A DNA stretch of 64,000 bases from Prolixibacteraceae bacterium (lineage in GTDB: Bacteria > Bacteroidota > Bacteroidia > Bacteroidales > Prolixibacteraceae). Position numbers and translations under genes: made by a program. Below are positions 43,971 to 57,729 of the stretch, piece by piece; the stretch's first letter is position 1, and the number at the start of each line of letters is the position of its first letter. Under the pieces are notes generated by a model, which did not search any database, was not told the DNA's origin, and was given only the letters and a program-made list of their open reading frames with translations. Where the stretch lies: contig DATCHD010000023.1 of NCBI GenBank assembly GCA_036508555.1, forward strand, positions 833 to 64,832, read 5' to 3'.

Positions 43971-44979
43971 AGCGCCGCTTAGGATCGGACTCGCAGGCGG
44001 AGGTTCAGATGTTTCGCCTTACTCCGACATTTACGGGGGCGCCATTTTAAACGCCACTATCGATCTTTATGCTTATGCTTCACTCGAACCCACCAACGAC
44101 AATAAAATCGTATTCCAGTCTGTCGACAAGGGTATTACCCTCATTTTTGATTCGCAGGAGGTATTGCCGGTTCATGCAGATTTGCCTTTGCATGCGGGTA
44201 TTTATAACAGAGTGGTTCGCGATTTTCAATGTAACCCATTGTCATTTAAATTGATCACACATGCGGATGCCCCTCCCGGCTCCGGTCTTGGGTCTTCCTC
44301 TACCCTGGTTACAACCATCCTTGGGGCATTTGTTGAATGGTTAAAATTACCACTTGGGGAAAACGATATCGCCCGGCTCGCCTACGAAATTGAAAGACTG
44401 GATCTTGGACTTTCCGGGGGGAAACAGGATCAATATTCGGCCACTTTTGGCGGTATCAATTTCATGGAATTTTTGGCGGATGACGTGGTTATTGTCAACC
44501 CGTTAAGACTTAAATCATCCTTAATCAGCGAATTGGCCTATTCGACTGTCTTGTACTTCACAGGGGCCAGCCGCCTTTCTGATAACATCATCGATGAACA
44601 GAAACGCAGTGTAAAAGAAAATCAGGTGGCCAAAATCGAAGCCATGCATAAAATCAAGGAGCAGGCCTACCTGATGAAAGAAGCGCTCCTGAAAGAAGAC
44701 CTGAATGAAATCGGGCCGATTCTTGATTTTGGTTGGAAAAACAAACGTCAGATGGCCAGCGGCATTACCAACCCGCTGATCGACGAAATATACCAGGCAG
44801 CCTTGTCAGCAGGATCCACCGGAGGAAAAGTTTCAGGCGCCGGAGGAGGGGGTTTCATGTTCTTTTATTGTCCGCAAAACAGCAGACATAAAGTCATTGA
44901 GGCGCTGAAAAAATTCGGTGGAGAAGTCAGGGCTTTTAATTTCAGCAACAAAGGACTAACCTCCTGGCAGGCAAAATAA
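43954..44979 (+). CDS. hddA: GHMP-family kinase, D-glycero-alpha-D-manno-heptose 7-phosphate kinase-like
   Basis: [25 protein letters not shown], the GHMP motif [12 protein letters not shown], and C-terminal [16 protein letters not shown]. Confidence 0.7.
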   Translation: [341 protein letters not shown]

Positions 44980-44990
44980 AAATTTCTAAG

Positions 44991-45701
44991 ATGAGGAGCG
45001 ACGTAATTATTTTAGCCGGCGGACTGGGAACCAGACTCCAGAACCTCTTACCAGGAATCCCAAAACCAATGGTCCCGGTCAATGGGCAACCTTTCCTGAA
45101 ATACCTTCTCGGTTACATAAACAAATTCAACCCATCCAGAATCATACTTTCAGTCGGGTATCGTCACGAACAAATTTGGGATTACTTCGGCAATGATTTT
45201 GAGGGTACGGATCTGATCTATTCCATCGAAGAATCCCCGTTAGGAACAGGTGGAGCCATCCAAAAATCCATTCAGTTATCCGAAAGTGATAACGCGTTTG
45301 TCCTGAACGGAGATACTTTTTTTGATGTAGACCTCGATCAGATGGAGCGTCAGCACCTTAATAATCAGGCGAATATTACAATCGCTTTGAAGGAAATGCA
45401 AAACTTCGAACGGTATGGTTCCGTGTCGGTCCACGATAACAGAATTACCAGGTTCATTGAGAAGCAATTCATCGAACAGGGGTTCATCAACGCTGGAACC
45501 TATCTTTTAAACAAGCAAAAATTTCTGGATATCAATTGGCCCGATAGGTTCTCTTTTGAGAAAGATTACCTGGAGAAATATGTGGAGAAACATTTTTTTG
45601 CCCCTTACTTCGCTGATGGTTATTTTATTGACATCGGCGTTCCGGAAGATTACCTGAAGGCACAGGATGATTTTAAAACGATTTTTAACCGCCAAGAATG
45701 A
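44991..45701 (+). CDS. hddC: Sugar-1-phosphate nucleotidyltransferase, heptose 1-phosphate guanylyltransferase-like
   Basis: VIILAGGLGTRLQNLLPGIPKPMVPV is a nucleotidyltransferase signature. It is sandwiched between the heptose kinase-like and phosphatase-like genes. Confidence 0.65.
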   Translation: MRSDVIILAGGLGTRLQNLLPGIPKPMVPVNGQPFLKYLLGYINKFNPSRIILSVGYRHEQIWDYFGNDFEGTDLIYSIEESPLGTGGAIQKSIQLSESDNAFVLNGDTFFDVDLDQMERQHLNNQANITIALKEMQNFERYGSVSVHDNRITRFIEKQFIEQGFINAGTYLLNKQKFLDINWPDRFSFEKDYLEKYVEKHFFAPYFADGYFIDIGVPEDYLKAQDDFKTIFNRQE

Positions 45702-46180
45702 TGAATAAGGCCCTTTTTTTAGATCGTGATGGCGTCATCAACAAGGAGATTCATTATCTCTTTCGAATAGAAGATTTTGTCTTTATTGACGGGATTCTTG
45801 AGATCTGCGATTTTTATCAAAAGAGGGGATATGTCCTGATAGTCGTTACCAACCAGGCTGGTATCGCGAAAGGTTTTTATTCTGAGGATGACTATCATAA
45901 ACTAACTGATTGGATGTTACAGGAATTTTCCCAAAAGGGAATCACGATAGGGAAAGTGTACCATTGTCCGCACTTTCCTGAAATCACAGGTGAGTGTATG
46001 TGCCGGAAACCAAATCCAGGTATGATCCTCCAGGCGCAGAGAGAATTCAACCTGGATCTTCAAAACTCCATCCTGATAGGGGATAAACAATCTGATCTGG
46101 AAGCGGCGACCAATGCTGGCGTCGGACATTATTATCATATCAATGATATTCTCAAACGACTGGATAATATGCCACTCTGA
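45698..46180 (+). CDS. gmhB: D-glycero-D-manno-heptose 1,7-bisphosphate phosphatase (HAD-IIIA)
   Basis: FLDRDGVIN, VVTNQAG, Zn-finger-like CPHFPEITGECMCRKPNPGM, and GDKQSDLEAA. Confidence 0.8.
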   Translation: MMNKALFLDRDGVINKEIHYLFRIEDFVFIDGILEICDFYQKRGYVLIVVTNQAGIAKGFYSEDDYHKLTDWMLQEFSQKGITIGKVYHCPHFPEITGECMCRKPNPGMILQAQREFNLDLQNSILIGDKQSDLEAATNAGVGHYYHINDILKRLDNMPL

Positions 46181-46218
46181 AGGTTGATGACGGGCACGTT
46201 GTATCTTAAATAACAGAA

Positions 46219-48183
46219 ATGCGTATATGGCATAGTGAAGAAATTAGGGTTATGAAATTATCATTGGCAAAAGTTCGGAATGCGCCCGTCATGCTGGCAT
46301 GGAGATTAGCGATAGTCATGCTGCTCTACTCGTTTCAGCGTCTTGTTTTTTACCTTCTTAACATGGGATTTTTTCCTGGAATGACCGCCGGTCACCTGGG
46401 TGAATTAATGCTTTCAGGAATAAAATTCGACCTTTCTGCCGTCCTCTACACCAACAGTTTGTATCTGTTATTGATGCTGCTGCCCTTCCCATTCAGGTAC
46501 CATGAATCCTATAAGAGATTTGCCAGAGGGGTTTTCTTTTTAACCAATTCAATCGCCCTGCTGGCAAATTTTATTGATGTCGTATATTTCAGAAATATCA
46601 TCCGGAGAACAGATTTCAGCGTTTTCAGAGAATTTCAGCATGAATCGCAACTTTGGAAAGTCATCCTTCACAGCATGTTACAATACTGGTACCTTCTTCT
46701 GTTGTTTGTTGGATTGCTGCTGTTTTTACGGTGGATATATGCTGACCACACAAGAAGCGGTCTGGTTCGTTCCAGGGCACTCAATTTTTGGATTTCCCTG
46801 GTTTTCATGGGGCTCTGCGGCGGACTTACAGTGGCTGGTATGCGCGGAGGTTTTACCGGGACTACCCGTCCCATCACGATCAGTAACGCGCTGGAAAAGA
46901 TTCATAAGCCAATTGAATCTTCCATTGTCCTGAACACCCCCTTCTCTATGATCAGGACACTAAAGGCTAAAACTTTCGAGGAGATAAAGTTTTTTGATGA
47001 AAAGGAAGCAGAGAAAATCTATTCACCACTTCATGCGGGTTACCCTCCGGGGAGTTTCAAGCCGATGAATGTGGTGGTTCTGATACTCGAAAGCTTCGCT
47101 AAGGAGGTTGTTGGCTCTTTGAATAAGGATCTGGATAATGGTCATTACAAAGGATATACTCCCTTCCTGGACTCCCTTATTCAACACAGCTACACCTGGC
47201 AATACTCGTTCTCCAACGGACGCCAGTCGATCGATGCCATTCCTTCAGTAATTGCTGGAATTCCTTCACTGGTCCAGCCTTTTGTGACTTCCCGTTACTC
47301 CCTAAATGAGATGGACGGACTTGCAGCGACCTTGAAGAAGAAGGGTTATGATGCCGGATTCTTTCATGGCGCACCAAACGGTTCCATGGGTTTTACTTCT
47401 ATTACCAACATGCTGTCTATCAAGAAATATTTCGGGGAAAACGAATATGGAAAGAAGCAGGATTTTGATGGTTACTGGGGAATCCCGGATGAGCTGTTTT
47501 TGAATTATTGCGCTAAAAATTTCGGTCAACTCAAGGAACCTTTCGTGGCATCAGTTTTTACCCTCTCCTCTCATGATCCTTTTATTTTGCCCAAAAAGTA
47601 TGAAAATGTCTTCAAGGGGGGAGCTGCTCCGGTTTACAAATGCATTGAGTACACAGATTTTTCGCTGAAAGAGTTTTTCAGGGAAGCCTCTGCACAACCC
47701 TGGTACAAGAACACGCTTTTTGTCTTTACTGCCGACCATTCCAACCCCTCGACGGTTCGGAAAGAGTACATTACCACAACTGGAATTTTTTCTATTCCGA
47801 TCATTTTCTACCATCCCGGCAGCGATCTGGTCGGGTTTGATCCGACCTTGATGCAACAGATTGATATTTTTCCGACCATCATGGGATACCTGAAATACGA
47901 TGCACCCTATTTCGCCTTTGGCAGCGACAGGTTACAACAGAAAGGTAATCCTTTTGTTATCAACTATGTAGATGGATATTACCAGTTTATGGAGGGCGAC
48001 TACCTATTACAATCGGATGGAAAAACGCTGAAAACGGCTTATCGTTACAAAGATGATCCGATGTATCAGAATAATCTCGTCGAAAAAAGTGATACCGCCA
48101 TAGATTTTCATTTCAAACGGTTTAAATCCTTTCTGCAACAATACAACAACAGGATGATAGAGAATAGGCTGACAATCAAGTGA
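46219..48183 (+). CDS. LTA-synthase/sulfatase-family membrane protein (phosphoglycerol- or phosphoethanolamine-transferase-like)
   Basis: Five N-terminal TM helices, then an alkaline-phosphatase-superfamily domain (NVVVLILESFAKE...GRQSIDAIPS...FFHGAPNGSMGF...LSSHDPF...FTADHS). An alternative ATG lies at 46252. Confidence 0.8.
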   Translation: MRIWHSEEIRVMKLSLAKVRNAPVMLAWRLAIVMLLYSFQRLVFYLLNMGFFPGMTAGHLGELMLSGIKFDLSAVLYTNSLYLLLMLLPFPFRYHESYKRFARGVFFLTNSIALLANFIDVVYFRNIIRRTDFSVFREFQHESQLWKVILHSMLQYWYLLLLFVGLLLFLRWIYADHTRSGLVRSRALNFWISLVFMGLCGGLTVAGMRGGFTGTTRPITISNALEKIHKPIESSIVLNTPFSMIRTLKAKTFEEIKFFDEKEAEKIYSPLHAGYPPGSFKPMNVVVLILESFAKEVVGSLNKDLDNGHYKGYTPFLDSLIQHSYTWQYSFSNGRQSIDAIPSVIAGIPSLVQPFVTSRYSLNEMDGLAATLKKKGYDAGFFHGAPNGSMGFTSITNMLSIKKYFGENEYGKKQDFDGYWGIPDELFLNYCAKNFGQLKEPFVASVFTLSSHDPFILPKKYENVFKGGAAPVYKCIEYTDFSLKEFFREASAQPWYKNTLFVFTADHSNPSTVRKEYITTTGIFSIPIIFYHPGSDLVGFDPTLMQQIDIFPTIMGYLKYDAPYFAFGSDRLQQKGNPFVINYVDGYYQFMEGDYLLQSDGKTLKTAYRYKDDPMYQNNLVEKSDTAIDFHFKRFKSFLQQYNNRMIENRLTIK

Positions 48184-48290
48184 GATTAAAATGAATATTC
48201 AAATTTTTTCTCTACCAGGTTTGAACCTTCATTGGAGAATTGTATCTTTATGCAATTGAACAAGTCACAACATTTAATAATAATTGAAAG

Positions 48291-49196
48291 ATGAAAAACA
48301 GACGGGATTTCTTAAAAATTTCTGCTGCGGGTTCGGTTGGCATGATGTTACTCGGTGCCACTGAGACTTTTGCAGGCGTAGCTGATGACAGGAAAAAATT
48401 TGGAGTTGGAATACAACTGTATTCTATTCGTGACGCAATCAGTGCAGATCTAATTGGGTCGCTTAAAAAACTTTCTGATATGGGATATAAAAACCTGGAA
48501 TTGGCAGGTTATGCAGATGGTAAATTTTATGGCCATACACCCGTAGCATTTAAAAAAATCGTCGGCGATTTAGGAATGGATGTCGTTAGCAGCCACTCGG
48601 CAGTTGAGTCAACAGGCATTACTACCGAAAATGCTAAGTTAATGGCGGACTCTCACGCTGCCCTTGGCACTAAATACGTGATTCAACCCTGGATTAATGA
48701 ACAAGACCGCAATATTGAAACCTATAAGCGAATGATTGGCGACTGGAATAAAGTCGGTAAAATCATGAAGAGCGTCGGAATTCAGTTTGGATACCACAAC
48801 CATAATTTTGAGTTTATCAAAATCAACGGAAAAGTTCCTTATTATGATATTTTCATGCCAGAGATGGATAAAAATCTCATTACCATGGAATTAGATCTTT
48901 TCTGGGCAGTAAAAGCAGGTCAGGATCCAGTCGCCATGTTTAATAAGTACCCTGGAAGGTTCCAGTTGCTACACTTCAAGGACATGAAAACCAAACAAGC
49001 CCCGTTCTTCGAGGTGATCAAAGATGATATCTGCAGTGTTGGCGCAGGAGTCATTGATTTCAAAACGATATATGCTTCCAGAAAGATTGCCGGTACAAAA
49101 TATACTTTTGTGGAAGATGATAATCAGGGTAACGGAAAACCATTCGAAGCACTCGAAGTCAGTATTAAAAACGTCACCACCAAAATTTTGAAGTAA
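48291..49196 (+). CDS. Tat-exported sugar phosphate isomerase/epimerase (xylose-isomerase-like TIM barrel)
   Basis: Twin-arginine signal MKNRRDFLKISAAGSVG, then GVGIQLYSIRD...GYKNLELAGY...GYHNHNFEF. Confidence 0.8.
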   Translation: MKNRRDFLKISAAGSVGMMLLGATETFAGVADDRKKFGVGIQLYSIRDAISADLIGSLKKLSDMGYKNLELAGYADGKFYGHTPVAFKKIVGDLGMDVVSSHSAVESTGITTENAKLMADSHAALGTKYVIQPWINEQDRNIETYKRMIGDWNKVGKIMKSVGIQFGYHNHNFEFIKINGKVPYYDIFMPEMDKNLITMELDLFWAVKAGQDPVAMFNKYPGRFQLLHFKDMKTKQAPFFEVIKDDICSVGAGVIDFKTIYASRKIAGTKYTFVEDDNQGNGKPFEALEVSIKNVTTKILK

Positions 49197-49227
49197 TTTT
49201 TCCCCTTCAAGGGATTATTTCGTCCTA

Positions 49228-49263
49228 AAAATGGGTTCAGATCGTCTGGCCTGAACCCATTTT
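49228..49263 (+). terminator. Rho-independent terminator
   Basis: 13-bp stem aaaatgggttcag / ctgaacccatttt with a 10-nt loop. T residues lie at the 3' side. Confidence 0.7.
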
Positions 49264-49596
49264 CTTGATCTCTCCACGAATATTCCTTTTGATTGTTTTC
49301 ATCCCCCGCAGCATGTAATGTTACTGCGCAACAAACAAGCTCCATGCTGAAAGGCAGAGTCTTGGATGAAAAGGAAGTACCGATTACTGCCGAGACCAAT
49401 AAAAAAGGTATTTATTTTGTAGCCGGCCCGGCGATACAACTGTCTCTTTCAAGGAATATCCAATATAGATAAGTGCCAAAAATTGAAAATGTTTTTTCAT
49501 CTTTGTTAAAATGAAATCGCTTGATTTGTCCAGTATCTACCGATAGGATAAAAATCCTCCTGGCGATTCCAGCTGGCCAATATAAAACATTTATGT

Positions 49597-50283
49597 ATGA
49601 AAAGAGCAATGCTGGTGGCCTTAATAGCCTTTTTAGGATTATCATCCATTAAATCAGCTTTTTCCCAGACAGATTCGGTACCTGACTTTAAATTATCGGT
49701 CGATCTTTACAGTAGCTACATCTGGCGCGGCTCTGAATTGGGAAAGGGACCTGCAATTCAGCCCAGCATTAAATATACAGTTAAATCATTGTCATTGATG
49801 GCATGGGGCTCCTTCGATTTCAACGGTTACCAGGAAACCGACCTTTACCTCAGTTACGCCCTTCCTGCCGGGTTTAGTGTGGGGCTATCGGATTACTATC
49901 TTTCAAATCTTAAATACTTCGATTGCTCAAATGTATCTGGTAGCCATGCATTCGAACTAAGCCTTAATTTTACGAAAGGGAAATGCAGTTTAAGTGCCAA
50001 TTATATTTTAAACAAGGCTGGAGGGATCGGTTCGCAAGGAGATGATAAGTATTTTGAAGCGGCCTACGCATTTAAGAAATTTGATGTTTTCTTAGGAGCT
50101 GGCGATGGATGGTATACGTATAATCCTAAAACGAATAAGGATCAGTTTGCCTTATGTAACATTGGTATTGGAACAACAAGGAAGCTTAAAATAACTGAAA
50201 CTTTCGTTGTCCCTATTAAAGGGCAATTAATATTTAATCCTGATAAAGAACAAATGTTCATTGTGGCCGGTTTTAATTTTTAG
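49597..50283 (+). CDS. Small outer-membrane beta-barrel protein (TorF-like putative porin)
   Basis: Signal peptide, then LSVDLYSSYIWRGSELGKGPAIQPSI...AWGSFDF, which resembles the TorF/Gcw_chp pattern. Ends with the aromatic strand VAGFNF. Confidence 0.5.
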   Translation: MKRAMLVALIAFLGLSSIKSAFSQTDSVPDFKLSVDLYSSYIWRGSELGKGPAIQPSIKYTVKSLSLMAWGSFDFNGYQETDLYLSYALPAGFSVGLSDYYLSNLKYFDCSNVSGSHAFELSLNFTKGKCSLSANYILNKAGGIGSQGDDKYFEAAYAFKKFDVFLGAGDGWYTYNPKTNKDQFALCNIGIGTTRKLKITETFVVPIKGQLIFNPDKEQMFIVAGFNF

Positions 50284-50317
50284 TCCGGATCCAAATAAAC
50301 CGATGCGTCGCGCATGA

Positions 50318-50766
50318 TTGCAATGTTTAAATACGGACCTAAACTACAGTATATGGGATCGAACAGACGCAATTTTTGGGGATATGAGCGTGCGCAGTCT
50401 CCATGCTACAGGCTATATTCGAATTGATTGGTTCACACCTGAAGGCCTCGATACATTGGGAGATGGTCGAACGTTTATTTTAGGCACCGAAGGTTATATT
50501 GAAATGCGAAAGTACATTGATATTGCTGGACGAAAAGGGGAAAATCATTTGTTTTTGGTCAACCAAAAAGAAACAAAGTATTACGATTGCACTCAATTGT
50601 ATATACCTTATGGTGAACAACTTGTTAGCGATGTGGTGAACCGTACCGAACAGCCATGAGCCAGGATCATTGTTTTCTTGCCACAGAATTGGCTTTAACA
50701 GCCCAAAAAAGAGCATTCAAATTAAATGTCTTGTCCAGTACGGCTCACCTTACGCTCGAAAGTTAA
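50318..50766 (+). pseudogene. Gfo/Idh/MocA-family oxidoreductase, C-terminal fragment with frameshift
   Basis: ..GYIRIDWFTPEGLDTLGDGRTFILGTEGYIEMRKYIDIAGRKGENHLFLV...VVNRTEQ, then a frame change near 50648-50655, then AMSQDHCFLATELALTAQKRAFKL. The N-terminal Rossmann domain is absent. Confidence 0.55.
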
Positions 50767-50790
50767 AACCGGTTTAACAATTAGTTTGAT

Positions 50791-52224
50791 TTAAACTGGC
50801 ATATCAGGCAGGGTAAACCCGTTGTGATAAGTATGCTTAATCAGTTCGGAAGCAAATTCCTTCGCCGCCATGGAATCATTTCTGCTTATCCGTAGTTTGT
50901 CCGTATCGGAAATATTGGTAAAATTCATTTTTGGACCGTCCCAGTACAGAACTTTGTTGAGAGCTTGTAAGCGGACTGCCAGAACGCCCATCACTACCAT
51001 TTCATTAAAAGGACCAGAAACACTAAAATCTGATGCACTGAGTACACGACTTTCAGGACTTTCCTTGCATGCCCTGATCCAGTCCTGCTCGTGTGTACCC
51101 TCAACACGTCGGATTGTCTTGGGTACGTTGGGCACTCTGCCGGATAGAAGGATCGGATCAGTACCGTATTCACCGCAAATAAGCGAGTCCTTTGTCCCGC
51201 GAAAAATAACCCCTGAACTCTGAACTCTTGCAACAGGCCAGTTCTCAGGATATTTGGGCTTGAGCCCTCCATCAAACCAGGTTACCTCAACTTCAGGAAA
51301 CTTGATTTTTATACCCTTTTGCTTTTCACGTTTGGGGTAGGTGAGATGTACTAATTCTGCAGTCGGGGCACAATCAGGCATCAACTGGGTAGAACTACCG
51401 ATGACCTTAATTGGATACTGGAGTTTCATTGCTGTAAAAATGGGGTGCATTACGTGACAGGCCATGTCGCCAAGCGCACCTGTTCCATAATCCCACCAGC
51501 CGCGCCAAACCCAAGGATGAAAGGCCGGATTATAAGCCCTGAATTTAGCCGGACCGATGAAAAGATCCCATTTCAGCGTATCGGGTACAGGTACAACTTC
51601 AGATGGTGCGACCAATCCCTGAGGCCAAATCGGACGGTTTGTATAGGCTTCAATTTTTGTCACTTCACCGATTTCTCCGTTCCATATCCACTCGCAGGCC
51701 AGTCTCACCCCTTCGGCTGAGGATCCCTGGTTTCCCATCTGGGTGGCTACCTTGTATTTAGCCGCCAGTTTGGTCAGCAATCGGGATTCGTATACACAGT
51801 GGGTCAAAGGTTTTTGTGTATAGGCATGTTTTCCCATTGTGATGGCATGCGCTGTCGGACCGGCATGATTGTGATCTGAAGTTGCAACCATGACAGCATC
51901 AATGGATTTGCCCATCTCATCAAACATTTTGCGCCAGTCATAATATTTGGCAGCTTTAGGGTAAGTATCAAAAACTTTGGGTACGTTGTTTCGGCCAACT
52001 CCCCAGTCAACATCGCATAATGCGACAATATTTTCGGATGCCATCCGCTCAAGGTTGCCTCTACCCATTCCTCCAATGCCAATTCCGGCAATGTTCAGCT
52101 TGTCACTTGGAGCCTTGTGCCCCAATCCAGCGATTGTGTTTGAAGGAACAATAAGAAATCCTGCTGCAACCGAAGAGGTTGTTCCAATGAAACCACGTCG
52201 CGTCACCTTACCATTTTCTTCCAT
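50791..52224 (-). CDS. Tat-exported Gfo/Idh/MocA-family oxidoreductase
   Basis: Twin-arginine signal TRRGFIGTTSSVAAG and Rossmann motif LNIAGIGIGGMGRGNL. 477 aa. Confidence 0.88.
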   Translation of the reverse strand: MEENGKVTRRGFIGTTSSVAAGFLIVPSNTIAGLGHKAPSDKLNIAGIGIGGMGRGNLERMASENIVALCDVDWGVGRNNVPKVFDTYPKAAKYYDWRKMFDEMGKSIDAVMVATSDHNHAGPTAHAITMGKHAYTQKPLTHCVYESRLLTKLAAKYKVATQMGNQGSSAEGVRLACEWIWNGEIGEVTKIEAYTNRPIWPQGLVAPSEVVPVPDTLKWDLFIGPAKFRAYNPAFHPWVWRGWWDYGTGALGDMACHVMHPIFTAMKLQYPIKVIGSSTQLMPDCAPTAELVHLTYPKREKQKGIKIKFPEVEVTWFDGGLKPKYPENWPVARVQSSGVIFRGTKDSLICGEYGTDPILLSGRVPNVPKTIRRVEGTHEQDWIRACKESPESRVLSASDFSVSGPFNEMVVMGVLAVRLQALNKVLYWDGPKMNFTNISDTDKLRISRNDSMAAKEFASELIKHTYHNGFTLPDMPV

Positions 52225-52470
52225 GTTTTTTTTGGTTTAAATAATTGAATGATTGAATTTTATGCGGATTACAAGAGAAGTAACCCACTATTGCGTTCAA
52301 ATTTCGTAATAAAATTTGATTTTCCCCATTGAAATGGAATATATTTTTGCGAAGGCAGTTACAAGGCAACCACCTGGCTGAAATATATGTGATAAAATGG
52401 TGAGTTGATCTGGCCTTTTTAAACTGACATCCGTTATATTTGTAACAGTTACCACCTCAACCATGGTTAT

Positions 52471-52686
52471 ATGAAAAAGTTGCAACTTCTGATTTTGTTT
52501 GTAGCCCTGTTATTCGTTGCGAAAGCTCAAAACAGTTCCATTTTCGTCGAAGCCGAAAGTTTTACCATCAAAGACGGCTGGGTAGTCGACCCTCAGTTCA
52601 TCGAACAGATGGGATCTCCTTACCTTTTGGCTCACGGACTAGGAAAATCGGTGCAGGATGCCGAGACCAGGATATTATACGAATGA
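52471..52686 (+). pseudogene. N-terminal 71-aa fragment of a larger secreted protein (resembles the N-terminus of Bacteroidota FAD-dependent oxidoreductases)
   Basis: Signal peptide, then IFVEAESFTIKDGWVVDPQFIEQMGSPYLLAHGLGKSVQDAETRI, then a premature stop. From memory, homologues run to several hundred residues. Confidence 0.4.
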
Positions 52687-52711
52687 CGCAAACTAAACAA
52701 ATCATAGTATT

Positions 52712-57699
<4,988 letters not shown>

Positions 57700-57729
57700 G
57701 ATAATCCACCACTAAGAATCCCAAACCAA

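Noticed and set aside
49412-49645. 77-aa reverse ORF between the isomerase and porin genes
   Set aside because: It has no domain and overlaps the start of the forward porin-like gene. The forward strand in the same area shows a receptor-like remnant instead.
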